DNA of 32,000 nt from Pseudomonas aeruginosa (GCF_001457615.1 NZ_LN831024.1:390001-422000), one strand, 5' to 3'; shown: positions 1 to 12,225, numbered from the stretch's first letter. The notes: a model not told the origin generated them from the sequence alone. Translations and numbers: made by a program.

Positions 1-613
1 ACCAGCCGGTCTTCTGCCCGGCCAGCACCGGCGCCTCGAACTTCACGCCGTTCTCTTCCAGGGCGACCCACTCCGGCACTTCGCCGTAGGCATTGGCCAC
101 GTAGCGCTCCAGGCCCTCGGCGTCGCGCGCGCTGGAGTCGTTCTTCCAGAGCACGGCGGCGGGCTTGAGCACCTGCAGCAGGGCGGCGAGCACCTCGTCC
201 TTGCGCAGTTCCATGGCTGCGGACGCCAGTTGCACCACCAGCACGTCGCCAAAGCGATCGACCACCAGGCCGGGCAGCAGGTCGGAATCGCCGTAGACCA
301 GCCGGTAGAACGGCTTGTCGAAAAGCCGCTCGCGCAGGCTGAGGGCGATGTTGATGCGATGAACCAGCAGCGATTTGTCGAGAACGTGCTTGGTATCACG
401 GGAAATGAGGCGGCCGCAGATGAGATTGTTCGGGCTCAGCGCGACGATGCCCAGCGGCTTGCCGTTGGCCATTTCCAGCACCGCCTGGTCGCCGGCGGCG
501 AAGGCATTCAGCGGCGTCGCGGCGACATCCACCTCGTTGCTGTAGACCCACAGGTGGCCGGCGCGCAGGCGGCGCTCGGCGTTGGCTTTGAGACGCAAGC
601 TGGGCAGGGTCAT
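1..613 (-). CDS. Class I SAM-dependent rRNA methyltransferase, RlmI/YccW-like, N-terminal part (gene runs off the left edge)
   Basis: Reverse-strand reading from ATG at 613: MTLPSLRLKANAERRLRAGHLWVYSNEVDVAATPLNAFAAGDQAVLEMANGKPLGIVALSPNNLICGRLISRD...VYGDSDLLPGLVVDRFGDVLVVQ...GQKTGW. PUA-like N-terminus and the GQKTG motif fit the RlmI family. The ORF track lacks this frame because it is truncated. Confidence 0.85.
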   Translation of the reverse strand, partial: MTLPSLRLKANAERRLRAGHLWVYSNEVDVAATPLNAFAAGDQAVLEMANGKPLGIVALSPNNLICGRLISRDTKHVLDKSLLVHRINIALSLRERLFDKPFYRLVYGDSDLLPGLVVDRFGDVLVVQLASAAMELRKDEVLAALLQVLKPAAVLWKNDSSARDAEGLERYVANAYGEVPEWVALEENGVKFEAPVLAGQKTGW

Positions 614-685
614 GGGAAAGGCTCCGGCAAAAGAGCGCGATTATAGCGCAGCGACGGGATTCGCCGCTGCGCGAACGCGGGCCGT

Positions 686-1225
686 TCAGCCGGCGAGGAT
701 TTCGATGAATCGACGGTTGAAGGCCGGGATGTCTTCGGGTTTGCGGCTGCTCACCAGCTTGCCGTCCACCGCTACCTCCTGGTCCACCCAGTGGCCGCCG
801 GCGTTGTTGATGTCGTCCTTGAGCGACGGCCAACTGGTCAGGGTACGACCCTGCACCAGGCCGGCGGAGATCAGCAGCCAGGCGCCGTGGCAGATCACCG
901 CCACCGGCTTGCTCGCCTGTTCGGCGCGGATCGCCAGTTCCTGGGCCTTGGCCAGGCTGCGGATCTGGTCGGAATTGATCACCCCGCCGGGCAGCAGCAG
1001 GGCGTCGTAGTCGTCCAGGCTGGCGTCTTCGAAGGTGCCGTCGACGCGGAAGGCCTCGGCTGGCTGGTGATGGTTCCAGCCGTGCACCTCGCCGGCCTTG
1101 TCGGAAAGAATCCTTACCGTGGCGCCGGCGTCTTCCAGGGCTTTTTTCGGACCGGTCAGTTCGACCTGTTCGAAACCGTCGGTCACCAGGGCGGCGACGA
1201 CCTTGCCGTGCAGGGATTGGGTCAT
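686..1225 (-). CDS. pfpI: PfpI/DJ-1 family intracellular protease-like protein (179 aa)
   Basis: MTQSLHGKVVAALVTDGFEQVELTGPKKALEDAG... with nucleophile elbow AVICHGAW. Start placed at the internal ATG rather than the longer track ORF. Confidence 0.9.
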   Translation of the reverse strand: MTQSLHGKVVAALVTDGFEQVELTGPKKALEDAGATVRILSDKAGEVHGWNHHQPAEAFRVDGTFEDASLDDYDALLLPGGVINSDQIRSLAKAQELAIRAEQASKPVAVICHGAWLLISAGLVQGRTLTSWPSLKDDINNAGGHWVDQEVAVDGKLVSSRKPEDIPAFNRRFIEILAG

Positions 1226-1386
1226 GGCATGTCTCCCGATATCAGAAGGGGTATTCATTCCGACCCTGGCGGCTGCGGGAAAAGTTCCATGTCCGTTGCC
1301 TGGCGCCGCTTTTCCGGCAGAAGCCCGCCCCATGGCGGGGTTCTCCGGGTAAACTGCGCGCACCGTCAACTTTCGCCTCCGTCCTC

Positions 1387-2265
1387 ATGGTCCAAGAACT
1401 CACCGCCGAGCAGATCCGCCAGGCCCTGCAAGGCATCAGCGTGCCGCCGCAACCCCAGATCATGGTCGACCTGCAGATGGAGCAGGTCATGCCCAATCCG
1501 GACCTGAAGAACATTGCCAGGCTGATCAGCCAGGACCCGGGCCTTTCCGGGGCTCTCCTGAAACTGGTGAACTCGCCGTTCTTCGGCCTGGCCAATCGCA
1601 TCACTTCGATCCAGCGCGCGGTGAACCTGCTGGGCAGTCGTTCGGTGATCAACCTGATCAACGCCCAGTCGATCAAGGGTGAGATGAGCGACGACACCAT
1701 CGTCACCCTCAACCGTTTCTGGGACACCGCCCAGGACGTGGCCATGAGCTGCCTCAGCCTGGCCAAGCGGATCGGCTACGAATCGGTGGACGAAGCCTAC
1801 GCTCTCGGCCTGTTCCACAATTGCGGCATCCCGCTGATGCTCAAGCGCTTCCCGCACTACATGGCGGTGCTGGAAGAGGCCTACGCCGCCGCCAGCGACG
1901 AACGCCGGGTGGTGGACACCGAGAACCGCGTGCTGAACACCAACCATGCGGTGGTCGGCTACTACACCGCGCGCTCCTGGCGCCTGCCGGAGCACGTCTG
2001 CGAGGCGATCGCCAACCACCACAACGCGTTGTCGATCTTCGGCGACGAATCGGCACGCGATACCCAACTGAAGAACCTGCTGGCGATCCTGAAGATGGCC
2101 GAGCACATCTGCGGTTCGCACCGGGTCCTCGGCAACCAGCCGGAAGACCACGAATGGAACAGCATCGGTGCGCTGGTGCTGGACTACGTCGGGCTCACCG
2201 ACTACGACTTCGAGAACCTCAAGGGCTCGATCCTCGAGCTGGGCGTCGGCCAGGGCAGCTACTGA
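1387..2265 (+). CDS. HDOD domain-containing protein (292 aa)
   Basis: GISVPPQPQIMVDLQMEQVMPNPDLKNIARLISQDPGLSGALLKLVNSPFFGL...SIQRAVNLLGSRSVINLI is typical of the HDOD domain. Confidence 0.85.
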   Translation: MVQELTAEQIRQALQGISVPPQPQIMVDLQMEQVMPNPDLKNIARLISQDPGLSGALLKLVNSPFFGLANRITSIQRAVNLLGSRSVINLINAQSIKGEMSDDTIVTLNRFWDTAQDVAMSCLSLAKRIGYESVDEAYALGLFHNCGIPLMLKRFPHYMAVLEEAYAAASDERRVVDTENRVLNTNHAVVGYYTARSWRLPEHVCEAIANHHNALSIFGDESARDTQLKNLLAILKMAEHICGSHRVLGNQPEDHEWNSIGALVLDYVGLTDYDFENLKGSILELGVGQGSY

Positions 2266-2323
2266 CTGGCCGCGCCGCGGCGCTTCCTGCTAAGGTGCCG
2301 CGGTCAACCGGATTGCTGCCGCC

Positions 2324-3136
2324 ATGCCCGAACTACCCGAAGTCGAAACCACCCGCCGGGGCATCGCCCCCTACCTCGAAGGCCAGCGCGTCGAGCGCGT
2401 GATCGTGCGCGAGCGGCGCCTGCGCTGGCCGATTCCCGAAGACCTGGACGTGCGCCTGTCCGGACAACGCATCGTCAGCGTCGAGCGCCGCGCCAAGTAC
2501 CTGCTGCTGGGCGCCGAGGCCGGTACGCTGATCAGCCACCTGGGCATGTCCGGCAGCCTGAGGCTGGTGGAGAGCGGCACCCCGGCCAGTCGCCACGAGC
2601 ACGTCGACATCGAGCTGGCCTCGGGCATGGCCCTGCGCTACACCGATCCGCGGCGCTTCGGCGCCATGCTCTGGAGCCTGGCGCCACTGGAACACGAGTT
2701 GCTGCGCAACCTCGGCCCGGAACCGCTGACCGACGCTTTCGCCGGCCAGCGTCTGTTCGAGCTGTCGCGCGGGCGGAGCATGGCGGTCAAGCCGTTCATC
2801 ATGGACAACGCGGTGGTGGTCGGGGTCGGCAACATCTACGCCAGCGAAGCGCTGTTCGCCGCCGGCATCGATCCGCGCAAGCCCGCCGGGAGCATCTCCA
2901 AGGCGCGCTACCTGCGCCTGGCGGAGGAGATCAAGCGGATCCTGGCGATCGCCATCGAGCGCGGCGGCACCACCCTGCGCGATTTCGTCGGCGGCGACGG
3001 CCAGCCCGGTTACTTCCAGCAGGAATTGTTCGTCTATGGCCGTGGCGGGGAGTTCTGCAAGGTCTGCGGCAGCACCCTGCGCGAGATCCGCCTAGGCCAG
3101 CGCGCCAGCGTGTACTGCCCGCGCTGCCAACGCTGA
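2324..3136 (+). CDS. mutM: Formamidopyrimidine-DNA glycosylase (270 aa)
   Basis: N-terminal [26 protein letters not shown] motif, and C-terminal zinc finger C-x2-C...CPRCQR. Confidence 0.97.
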
Positions 3137-3212
3137 AGCGCCGCGCCGCGCATACTCTACCGCCACAAGAAGGGCCGCCACGGTGAGCGGCCTGCCATAA
3201 GAAAGGTGCACG

Positions 3213-3791
3213 ATGTCCGGCAATTACCTGCCTCGCAACACCCTGGTCGAGTCGCTCGGCCATGCCATGCTGAAACTCTCCGGCTGGAAGATCGAGGGCC
3301 AATTGCCCGCGCTCGACAAGTTCGTGGTGATCGGCGCCCACCACACCTCGAACTGGGACTTCGTGGCCTTCCTTGCCGCCAAGTTCGTCCTGCGCCTGAA
3401 CGCCCGCTGGTTCGGCAAGCACACCCTGTTCAACGGCCCGCTGGGCGGCCTGATGCGGCGCTGGGGTGGCATCCCGATCCAGCGCCACCTGAAGCTGAAT
3501 ACCGTGGACCAGGCGATCCAGGCCTTCCGCGAGCACCGCGAGTTCATGCTGATCATCGCTCCGGAAGGCACGCGCAAGAAGGTCGACCGCTGGCGCATGG
3601 GCTTCTACCACATCGCCCGTGGCGCCGGCGTACCGGTGGTGCCGGCGGCGCTGGACTACGAAAACCGGCGGATCGTCATCGGCGAACCCTTCTGGCCGAC
3701 CGGCAACGAGGACGCCGACCTGTGCAGCCTGATCGGCTTCTACCGGCCGTTCATCCCGAAAAAGCCGCACTACGCATTCCTCGGCGATTGA
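3213..3791 (+). CDS. 1-acyl-sn-glycerol-3-phosphate acyltransferase (PlsC)-like protein (192 aa)
   Basis: HTSNWD (HX4D acyltransferase motif), [31 protein letters not shown]. Confidence 0.85.
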
Positions 3792-3802
3792 AGGCGGTCA
3801 CG

Positions 3803-3830
3803 CTGGCACTACCCGCAGCGCTGTTATAGT
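3803..3830 (+). promoter_or_regulatory. Candidate sigma70-type promoter for the small exported protein
   Basis: CTGGCA (3803-3808), 16 nt spacer, TATAGT (3825-3830), upstream of the ATG at 3874. Confidence 0.35.
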
Positions 3831-3873
3831 TAGGCGATATCTGCCCAACCAAAAACCAGAAAGGACCGCCTCC

Positions 3874-4218
3874 ATGAACCTGTTTCGCACCACCGCGCTC
3901 GTGCTGGCGCTGACCACCGGGCTCTCGTCCATGCCCGCGCTGGCGGATGCCGTGCAGGAAAACGCCAGCGGCGACCCGATGTACACCGTCGAAGCGCCCC
4001 CCGCGTACGCCATGATCGGCGATCTGCTCATCGCCCGTCCCTTCCTGATCGCCGCCACGGCCGTCGGGGCGGTGGCCTTCGTGGTCAGCCTGCCGTTCAC
4101 CGCGGCCAGCGGCAGCGTCGGCAAGGCCGGCCAGGCGCTGGTGGTCGATCCGGGCAAGGAAGCCTTCGTCCGTTGCCTGGGCTGCACCACCAGCGGCTAT
4201 AACCACGACGAAAGCTGA
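3874..4218 (+). CDS. Small exported protein of unknown function (114 aa)
   Basis: Signal peptide [24 protein letters not shown], central hydrophobic segment, C-terminal [15 protein letters not shown]. Followed directly by a terminator. Confidence 0.8.
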
Positions 4219-4233
4219 GTTTCCAACGGAATG

Positions 4234-4265
4234 AAAAAAAGCCGGTCATCGACCGGCTTTTTGTT
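4234..4265 (+). terminator. Rho-independent terminator, potentially bidirectional
   Basis: AAAAAAAGCCGGTCATCGACCGGCTTTTTGTTTT: GCCGGTC/GACCGGC stem with A-tract and T-tract flanks. Confidence 0.9.
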
Positions 4266-4487
4266 TTCTCGATGCATTGCAGGGGGCACGGAGATTGGGC
4301 TAAGTCTTTTCTTCCGCCACGGCAGGCGGCAGCTATAGCGCCGCATCGGCCGATGACAGATGTTCCGCACGGACCGTTCGCGGCACTTGATCGGACTCTC
4401 CGATGGTGACAGTGTCCTGCTGACCAGCAAGGTCACAAGGTCGACCAGGGGTGGCCGACCGACTCAACCAAGATAAGGATTTCGCGT

Positions 4488-5474
4488 ATGTTCAGTCAGT
4501 GGGTGTTCCTGTCCGTCCTTGCTCTTGCCGTACCCTCGTTCGCCTGGGCGGAGGATGCGGTGTCCGACCTCGCCAAGGAGCAGTCCAAGGCCGAGCAGGG
4601 CGACAAGCGCGGCGATGAACTGTTCGCCGAATTCACCCGCCTCCGCCAGGCCGCCGAGACGGGGGAGCCGCAGGCTCTGTTCGATTTCGGCGCCTATTTC
4701 TACCAGCAACAGAACTACGCCAGCGCGCGCGAATGGTGGGGCAAGGCGGCCGCTGCGGGGATGGTCCGCGCGCAGATCCAACTGGCCATGCTCTATCGCG
4801 ATGGTGACGGCGGGCCACAGGACAAGACCGAGGCGGCACGCTGGTTCCGGAAGGCCGCGGAGCAGGGGGATGCCGCCGCCCAGAATGAAATGGGCGTTCT
4901 CTACTGGAGAGGCGAAGGGGTCGACCAGGACCGGGTGAAGGCCGGGACCTGGTTCGAACGCGCGGCGGCCAGCGGTAGCGAAGACGCCGAAACCAATCTG
5001 GGATGGTTCTACCTGGACGACTCGCAAGGCGTCTATTCCGCCACTTCAGACGAGGAAGCCGCCCTGCTGGACCGTTATGCCGGCAGCCGGGAAAAGGCCT
5101 TCCAGTGGTTCTGCAAGGCTGCGACCCAGGGAGATGCCCGTGCCCAGTTCAAGGTGGGCGAGGCCTACTGGAACGGTTCCGGTGCCGGGATGAACAAGCT
5201 GCAAGCGCGGCTCTGGCTGGAAAAGGCCGCACAGCAGCAGGATGCGGATGCCATCGCCTGGTTGGAGAGCGCCGCGAACGCAGCCTGGTACACCCGCCTG
5301 GAAAACTGGATTCACGCTGCGCTGGATGGAGAGCTGTCCGGCGTCGCCGACTGCTCCGGTGCCGCCGATCGCCGGCACTCCGGCCGAGGCATGGAGGGCG
5401 CCCCGTCTGACCCGGAGGCGGTGGAAGCCAGTGCGGAGGATGCGCAGCAGGCGGTTGAAGCGGCGAGCCAGTGA
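4488..5474 (+). CDS. Exported Sel1-like repeat (TPR) protein (328 aa)
   Basis: Signal peptide MFSQWVFLSVLALAVPSFAWA then repeated units of type A..W..KAAAAGMVRAQIQLAMLYRDGDGG, AEQGDAAAQNEMGVLYWRGEGV, ATQGDARAQFKVGEAYWNGSGA. Confidence 0.85.
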   Translation: MFSQWVFLSVLALAVPSFAWAEDAVSDLAKEQSKAEQGDKRGDELFAEFTRLRQAAETGEPQALFDFGAYFYQQQNYASAREWWGKAAAAGMVRAQIQLAMLYRDGDGGPQDKTEAARWFRKAAEQGDAAAQNEMGVLYWRGEGVDQDRVKAGTWFERAAASGSEDAETNLGWFYLDDSQGVYSATSDEEAALLDRYAGSREKAFQWFCKAATQGDARAQFKVGEAYWNGSGAGMNKLQARLWLEKAAQQQDADAIAWLESAANAAWYTRLENWIHAALDGELSGVADCSGAADRRHSGRGMEGAPSDPEAVEASAEDAQQAVEAASQ

Positions 5475-5578
5475 GGCACGCCGCCTGGATTGCCAGCCGG
5501 ACTCGTCGGCGAAATCCCTACGCGGCGCCTATCTGGGTGAGATCGTCGAACATTTTTTGAGCGCTGTCTCTCATTTGT

Positions 5579-7312
5579 TCAGTGCGGCCGAGGCTGCGCT
5601 TGCGCCTCCAGGGACAGAGACGAGTAGCCGATCCCGCGCGGGTCGCTGGCGGCGTCGACGCGGCCGCTGCGCTTGTCCCAGTAGAGCACCTGCTGGTTGC
5701 CGTAGCTGCGCTCCAGGCGTTTGAGCTGATAGCCGCGCCGGCGCAGTTCGGCGGCCTCGGCATCGCTGAAGGCGCGCGGTTCGTACTCGACGACGTCCGG
5801 CTTGTACTGGTGGTGGTAGCGCGGCGCGGCGACCCATTGGCCGACCGGGCGACCGTCGAAGTACTGCAGCATGGAGATCAGCACCATGCTCGGGATGCGG
5901 CTGCCGCCAGGGGTGCCGAAGGCGGCGAAGTCGGTCGGGCTTTCCAGGAAGCTCGGGCTCATGCTCGACAGCGGGCGCTTGCCGGCCGCCACCGCGTTCG
6001 CCTGGCTGCCGGCCAGGCCGTAGCTGTTGGCGCCCTGGGTGTCGGCGGCGAAATCGTCCATCTCGTTGTTCAGCACCACGCCGGTACCGGGAACGGTGAA
6101 GGCGGCGCCGAACGGCAGGTTCACCGAGAGGGTGGCGGCCACCGCGTTGCCCTGGGCATCGATCACCGCGAAGTGGGTGGTGTGGTCGCCTTCGCGCCAG
6201 GCCGGCGCCTCCGGCAGCGCCGAGCTGGGCGTGGCGCGGCGCGGGTCGATGCCGGCGGCAAGGCGCTTCAGGTAGTCCGGCGCCAGCAAACTGGGCAGCG
6301 GGTTGGCGACGAAGTCCGGGTCGCCGAGCAGGCCTCGATCGCGGTAGGCACGGCGCAGGACCTCCAGCACGTAATGGGCACGCTGTACCGGCTCGGCCTT
6401 CTGCCACGGCAGCTGTTCCAGCATCTGCAGGCTCTGCGCCAGGGCGACGCCGCCGGCCGAGGGCGGCGGTGCGCTGATCAGTTCGCGGCCGTTGGCCAGC
6501 TTCACCTCCAGCGGGCGGCGTTCGATCACCCGGTAGTCGCGCAGGTCGGCCGCGCTCCAGATGCCGCCGCCGGCGCGGACCCCGGTGAGCAGCTTGTCCG
6601 CTGTCTCGCCTTCGTAGAAACCGATCCGCCCGTAGCGCCCGAGGCGTTCCAGGGTACGTGCCAACTGCGGTTGGCGGAGCAGGTTCCATTCGTCGGGGAT
6701 TCCGCCCTTGTCGAGGAAGATCCGCGCGGTTTCCGGGTCCTTGCGCATCGCTTCCAGGCGCATGGCGGCGCGGTCACGGTAGATCCGGTCGACGGATACG
6801 CCATCCACCGCCAGGCGGATCGCCGGCACCAGATTGTCGGCCAGGGGCTTGCGTCCGTAGCGGCTGCTCAATTCGACCAGCGCCGCCGGCAGGCCGGGGA
6901 TCGCCGCCGCCAGCGGGCCGTCGACGGACAGCCTGGGGTCGACCTTGCCGTTGCGCCGGTACATGTCGGCGTAGGCGGCCTTCGGCGCGCGCTCGCGGGC
7001 GTCGAGGAAGCGATAGGTCGGCTGCGCGCCGGCCTGGCGCAGAAGGAAGAATCCACCGCCGCCGAGTCCCGAGCCGTAAGGCTCGGCTACCGCCAGGGCA
7101 GCGGCGATGGCCGCCGCGGCGTCGAAGGCGTTGCCGCCATTGGCCAGGGTTTCCAGGCCGGCGACGGTCGCGGCCGGATGTGGCGTGGCGACGGCGGCCT
7201 GCTGCGGTGCGTGGGCGTCGCCGCGAAAGCTGTCGGCATGCGCCGCGAGGCTGAGCAGGGACAGGCCGCAGGCGGCGACCAGGGTACGGACGGGCAGGTT
7301 CAGGAAGGACAT
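5579..7312 (-). CDS. ggt: Gamma-glutamyltranspeptidase (577 aa)
   Basis: Signal peptide, GLETLANGGNAFDAAAAIAAALAVAEPYGSGLGGGGFFLL, catalytic Thr region DHTTHFAVIDAQGNAVAATLSVN, PLSSMSPSF. Confidence 0.93.
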   Translation of the reverse strand: MSFLNLPVRTLVAACGLSLLSLAAHADSFRGDAHAPQQAAVATPHPAATVAGLETLANGGNAFDAAAAIAAALAVAEPYGSGLGGGGFFLLRQAGAQPTYRFLDARERAPKAAYADMYRRNGKVDPRLSVDGPLAAAIPGLPAALVELSSRYGRKPLADNLVPAIRLAVDGVSVDRIYRDRAAMRLEAMRKDPETARIFLDKGGIPDEWNLLRQPQLARTLERLGRYGRIGFYEGETADKLLTGVRAGGGIWSAADLRDYRVIERRPLEVKLANGRELISAPPPSAGGVALAQSLQMLEQLPWQKAEPVQRAHYVLEVLRRAYRDRGLLGDPDFVANPLPSLLAPDYLKRLAAGIDPRRATPSSALPEAPAWREGDHTTHFAVIDAQGNAVAATLSVNLPFGAAFTVPGTGVVLNNEMDDFAADTQGANSYGLAGSQANAVAAGKRPLSSMSPSFLESPTDFAAFGTPGGSRIPSMVLISMLQYFDGRPVGQWVAAPRYHHQYKPDVVEYEPRAFSDAEAAELRRRGYQLKRLERSYGNQQVLYWDKRSGRVDAASDPRGIGYSSLSLEAQAQPRPH

Positions 7313-7439
7313 GGCGGCTCACTGTTCAGCGGCGTTCGCGGGACGGGACCGTGAACGCCTCAGACTGGATTGCCAAGGATAGCCAAAAGCGCGTCGGACG
7401 GGGCGCGAACCGTCCCTGAAGGACAGGCGCCGGCGGGGA

Positions 7440-7691
<252 letters not shown>

Positions 7692-7811
7692 CTAACAACT
7701 CCAACCGCGACGGACAGCCACGGCATCGGTAACGGGAATAGCGGAATTGTGCCGCATCGGCGCCCGCAGTGCACGCGGGGCGCCGACGGGAGGCCGGCGG
7801 AGAGACGCGGA

Positions 7812-10038
<2,227 letters not shown>

Positions 10039-10093
10039 GAATGCACTCTCAGGCTAGGCGGCTTCGGGCTCTTCGTATTGTTCCGGGGGCGGC

Positions 10094-10642
10094 TCAAGCG
10101 ATCTTCGGCGGTCCGGGGTAGCCACAATGGGCCCACGCCTCGGGGCGGGCGTACCAGGCCATCATCGCCAGTTGCATCAGCGAACTGTGGCCCATCCGCA
10201 ACAGGCCGATGAAGCTGTTTTCCCAGCGCGAAAGGAATGCCCGCACGTCGTCGCCGCTGGCGTTCTCCCAACTGCCCCAGATACCGGTCAGCGGGCCACG
10301 GGTGAGCGGCAGGGCGAGCACGTCGAAGAGTTGCAGGGTGAGCTTGAACATCTCCGGGGAGAGCCGCGCCAGGTTGTGGTCGAGGCTCTGGATCGCGCCC
10401 TCCACGGCTTTCGGCATCTGCTCGGCGGAAACCGCGCCGAGCAGCATCACCGGCAGCAGCGCACGGAGGAACGGCAGGTCGGATTCGCGGACCTTTTCCA
10501 GGCCGCTCGCCGGTTTCTCCGCCGAACAGCCGGTGAGGCTGGCGGTGACGCCCGCGGTGGCGAGGAACGCGCCGCCGATCAGGCCGACTTTCATCAGGCT
10601 GCGTCGGGACAGGCCGGCGCCTTCGAGAGTGGTGTCGCTCAT
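10094..10642 (-). CDS. laoB: Small Tat-type/lipoprotein-like protein of the long-chain alcohol oxidation operon (182 aa)
   Basis: MSDTTLEGAGLSRRSLMKVGLIGGAFLATAGVTASLTGCS: twin-arginine motif plus lipobox-like LTGC. Located between the ALDH and GMC genes. Confidence 0.8.
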   Translation of the reverse strand: MSDTTLEGAGLSRRSLMKVGLIGGAFLATAGVTASLTGCSAEKPASGLEKVRESDLPFLRALLPVMLLGAVSAEQMPKAVEGAIQSLDHNLARLSPEMFKLTLQLFDVLALPLTRGPLTGIWGSWENASGDDVRAFLSRWENSFIGLLRMGHSSLMQLAMMAWYARPEAWAHCGYPGPPKIA

Positions 10643-10696
10643 TGTTGTTATGTCACCTGCAGCGTAGGAATGAGGGGGCGCCGCACGCGCCCCGGT

Positions 10697-12127
10697 TCAG
10701 CGCACGAACAGCTTGTAGACGAGCTTCTGGATCGACTTGCCGTAGGGCGGGTAGATCATTCGCGCGGCGTTGAAGCGCGGCTTGCTGAACACGCCCTTGG
10801 CCTTGCTGAAGGTGAGGAAGCCTTCGTGGCCATGGTAGTGGCCCATGCCGGAGGGGCCGACGCCACCGAACGGGATGTCGTCCTGGGCGACGTGCAGCAG
10901 GGTGTCGTTCAGGCACACGCCGCCCGAGTGGGTCTCGTGCAGCACGCGCTGCTGTTGCGCCTTGTCGTAGCCGAAGTAGTACAGGGCCAGCGGTCGCGGG
11001 CGCTGGTTGACATAGGCCAGGGCGTCTTCCAGGCGCTCGTAGGGGATCACCGGCAGCAGCGGGCCGAAGATTTCCTCCTGCATCACTTTCATGTCGTCGC
11101 TGACGTTCAGCAGCAGCGTCTGCGGCAGGCGCCGCTGCTGGCCTTCGGCGAACAGCGGGACGAGGGTCGCGCCCTTCTCGCGGGCGTCGTCGAGATAGCC
11201 CCGGAGGCGGCCGAGCTGGCGCTCGTTGATGATTGCGGTGTAGTCGGGGTTGTCCGAAAGACGCGGGAAGAAGCCCTGGACCACCTCCTTGTACTGGCTG
11301 ACGAATTCCTCGACGCGCCGGCTCGGTACCAGCACGTAGTCGGGCGCGACGCAGGTCTGCCCGGCGTTGAGGCTCTTGCCGAAGGCGATCCGCTCGGCGG
11401 CGTCCTTCATCGGCACGCTGTCGGAGACGATCGCCGGCGACTTGCCGCCCAGCTCCAGGGTGACCGGGGTCAGGTTCTCGGCGGCGGCGCGCATCACGTG
11501 CTTGCCGACGCTGGTGGCGCCGGTGAACAGCAGGTGGTCGAACGGCAGCTTGGAAAAGGCCACGCCGACGTCCACCTCGCCGAGCACCACGGCGACCTGG
11601 TCCTCGGGGAAGATCCGCGCCAGCAGGTCCTTGAGCAGGCGCCCGGTGGCCGGGGTCGACTCGCTCATCTTGATCATCACCCGGTTGCCGGCGGCGAGGG
11701 CCCCGGTCAGCGGGCCGATGGAGAGGAACAGCGGATAGTTCCAAGGCACGATCACCCCGACCACGCCCAGCGGCTGGTACACCACCTGGGCCGAGGCCGG
11801 CTGGAATTGCAGGCCGACCGCGCGGCGCGCGGGCTTCATCCATTTCTTCACGCGCTTGGCGGCGTAGTGGATGCCGTGCAGGCTGGGCATGATCTCGGCG
11901 AGCAGGGTCTCGTCGGCGGAGCGCGCGCTGAAGTCCCGGTCGATGGCCTCGATCAGTGCCTGCTGTTCCTTGAACAGCAGGTCGCGCAGGGCCTTCAGCC
12001 ACTGCACGCGCTGCGTGGCGTCGGGCATCGGCTGCGCCAGGTAGGCGGCGCGCTGGCGGGCGAAGAGGGCTTCGAGCTGGTTGATTTCCTGCTGGCTCTG
12101 CTGCAGGTAGGCGATATCGGCGACCAT
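10697..12127 (-). CDS. laoC: Aldehyde dehydrogenase, coniferyl-aldehyde-dehydrogenase-like (476 aa)
   Basis: VTLELGGKSPAIV, FGKSLNAGQTCVAPDYVLVP catalytic Cys region, EIFGPLLPVIPY. Confidence 0.92.
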   Translation of the reverse strand: MVADIAYLQQSQQEINQLEALFARQRAAYLAQPMPDATQRVQWLKALRDLLFKEQQALIEAIDRDFSARSADETLLAEIMPSLHGIHYAAKRVKKWMKPARRAVGLQFQPASAQVVYQPLGVVGVIVPWNYPLFLSIGPLTGALAAGNRVMIKMSESTPATGRLLKDLLARIFPEDQVAVVLGEVDVGVAFSKLPFDHLLFTGATSVGKHVMRAAAENLTPVTLELGGKSPAIVSDSVPMKDAAERIAFGKSLNAGQTCVAPDYVLVPSRRVEEFVSQYKEVVQGFFPRLSDNPDYTAIINERQLGRLRGYLDDAREKGATLVPLFAEGQQRRLPQTLLLNVSDDMKVMQEEIFGPLLPVIPYERLEDALAYVNQRPRPLALYYFGYDKAQQQRVLHETHSGGVCLNDTLLHVAQDDIPFGGVGPSGMGHYHGHEGFLTFSKAKGVFSKPRFNAARMIYPPYGKSIQKLVYKLFVR

Positions 12128-12225
12128 GGGCTGGCTCCTCGGCGAAGCGTGGGCGGCTGCGTGGCCGCGCGTCTGTCGTTATGGCGGACCTGGTTCGGTC
12201 CGATGAATTTCGCTGCGTCGCTGGA

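Noticed and set aside
5582-7354. 590 aa plus-strand ORF antisense to ggt
   Set aside because: It mirrors the minus-strand gamma-glutamyltransferase, which has catalytic motifs and a signal peptide. The antisense translation is low-complexity and without motifs.
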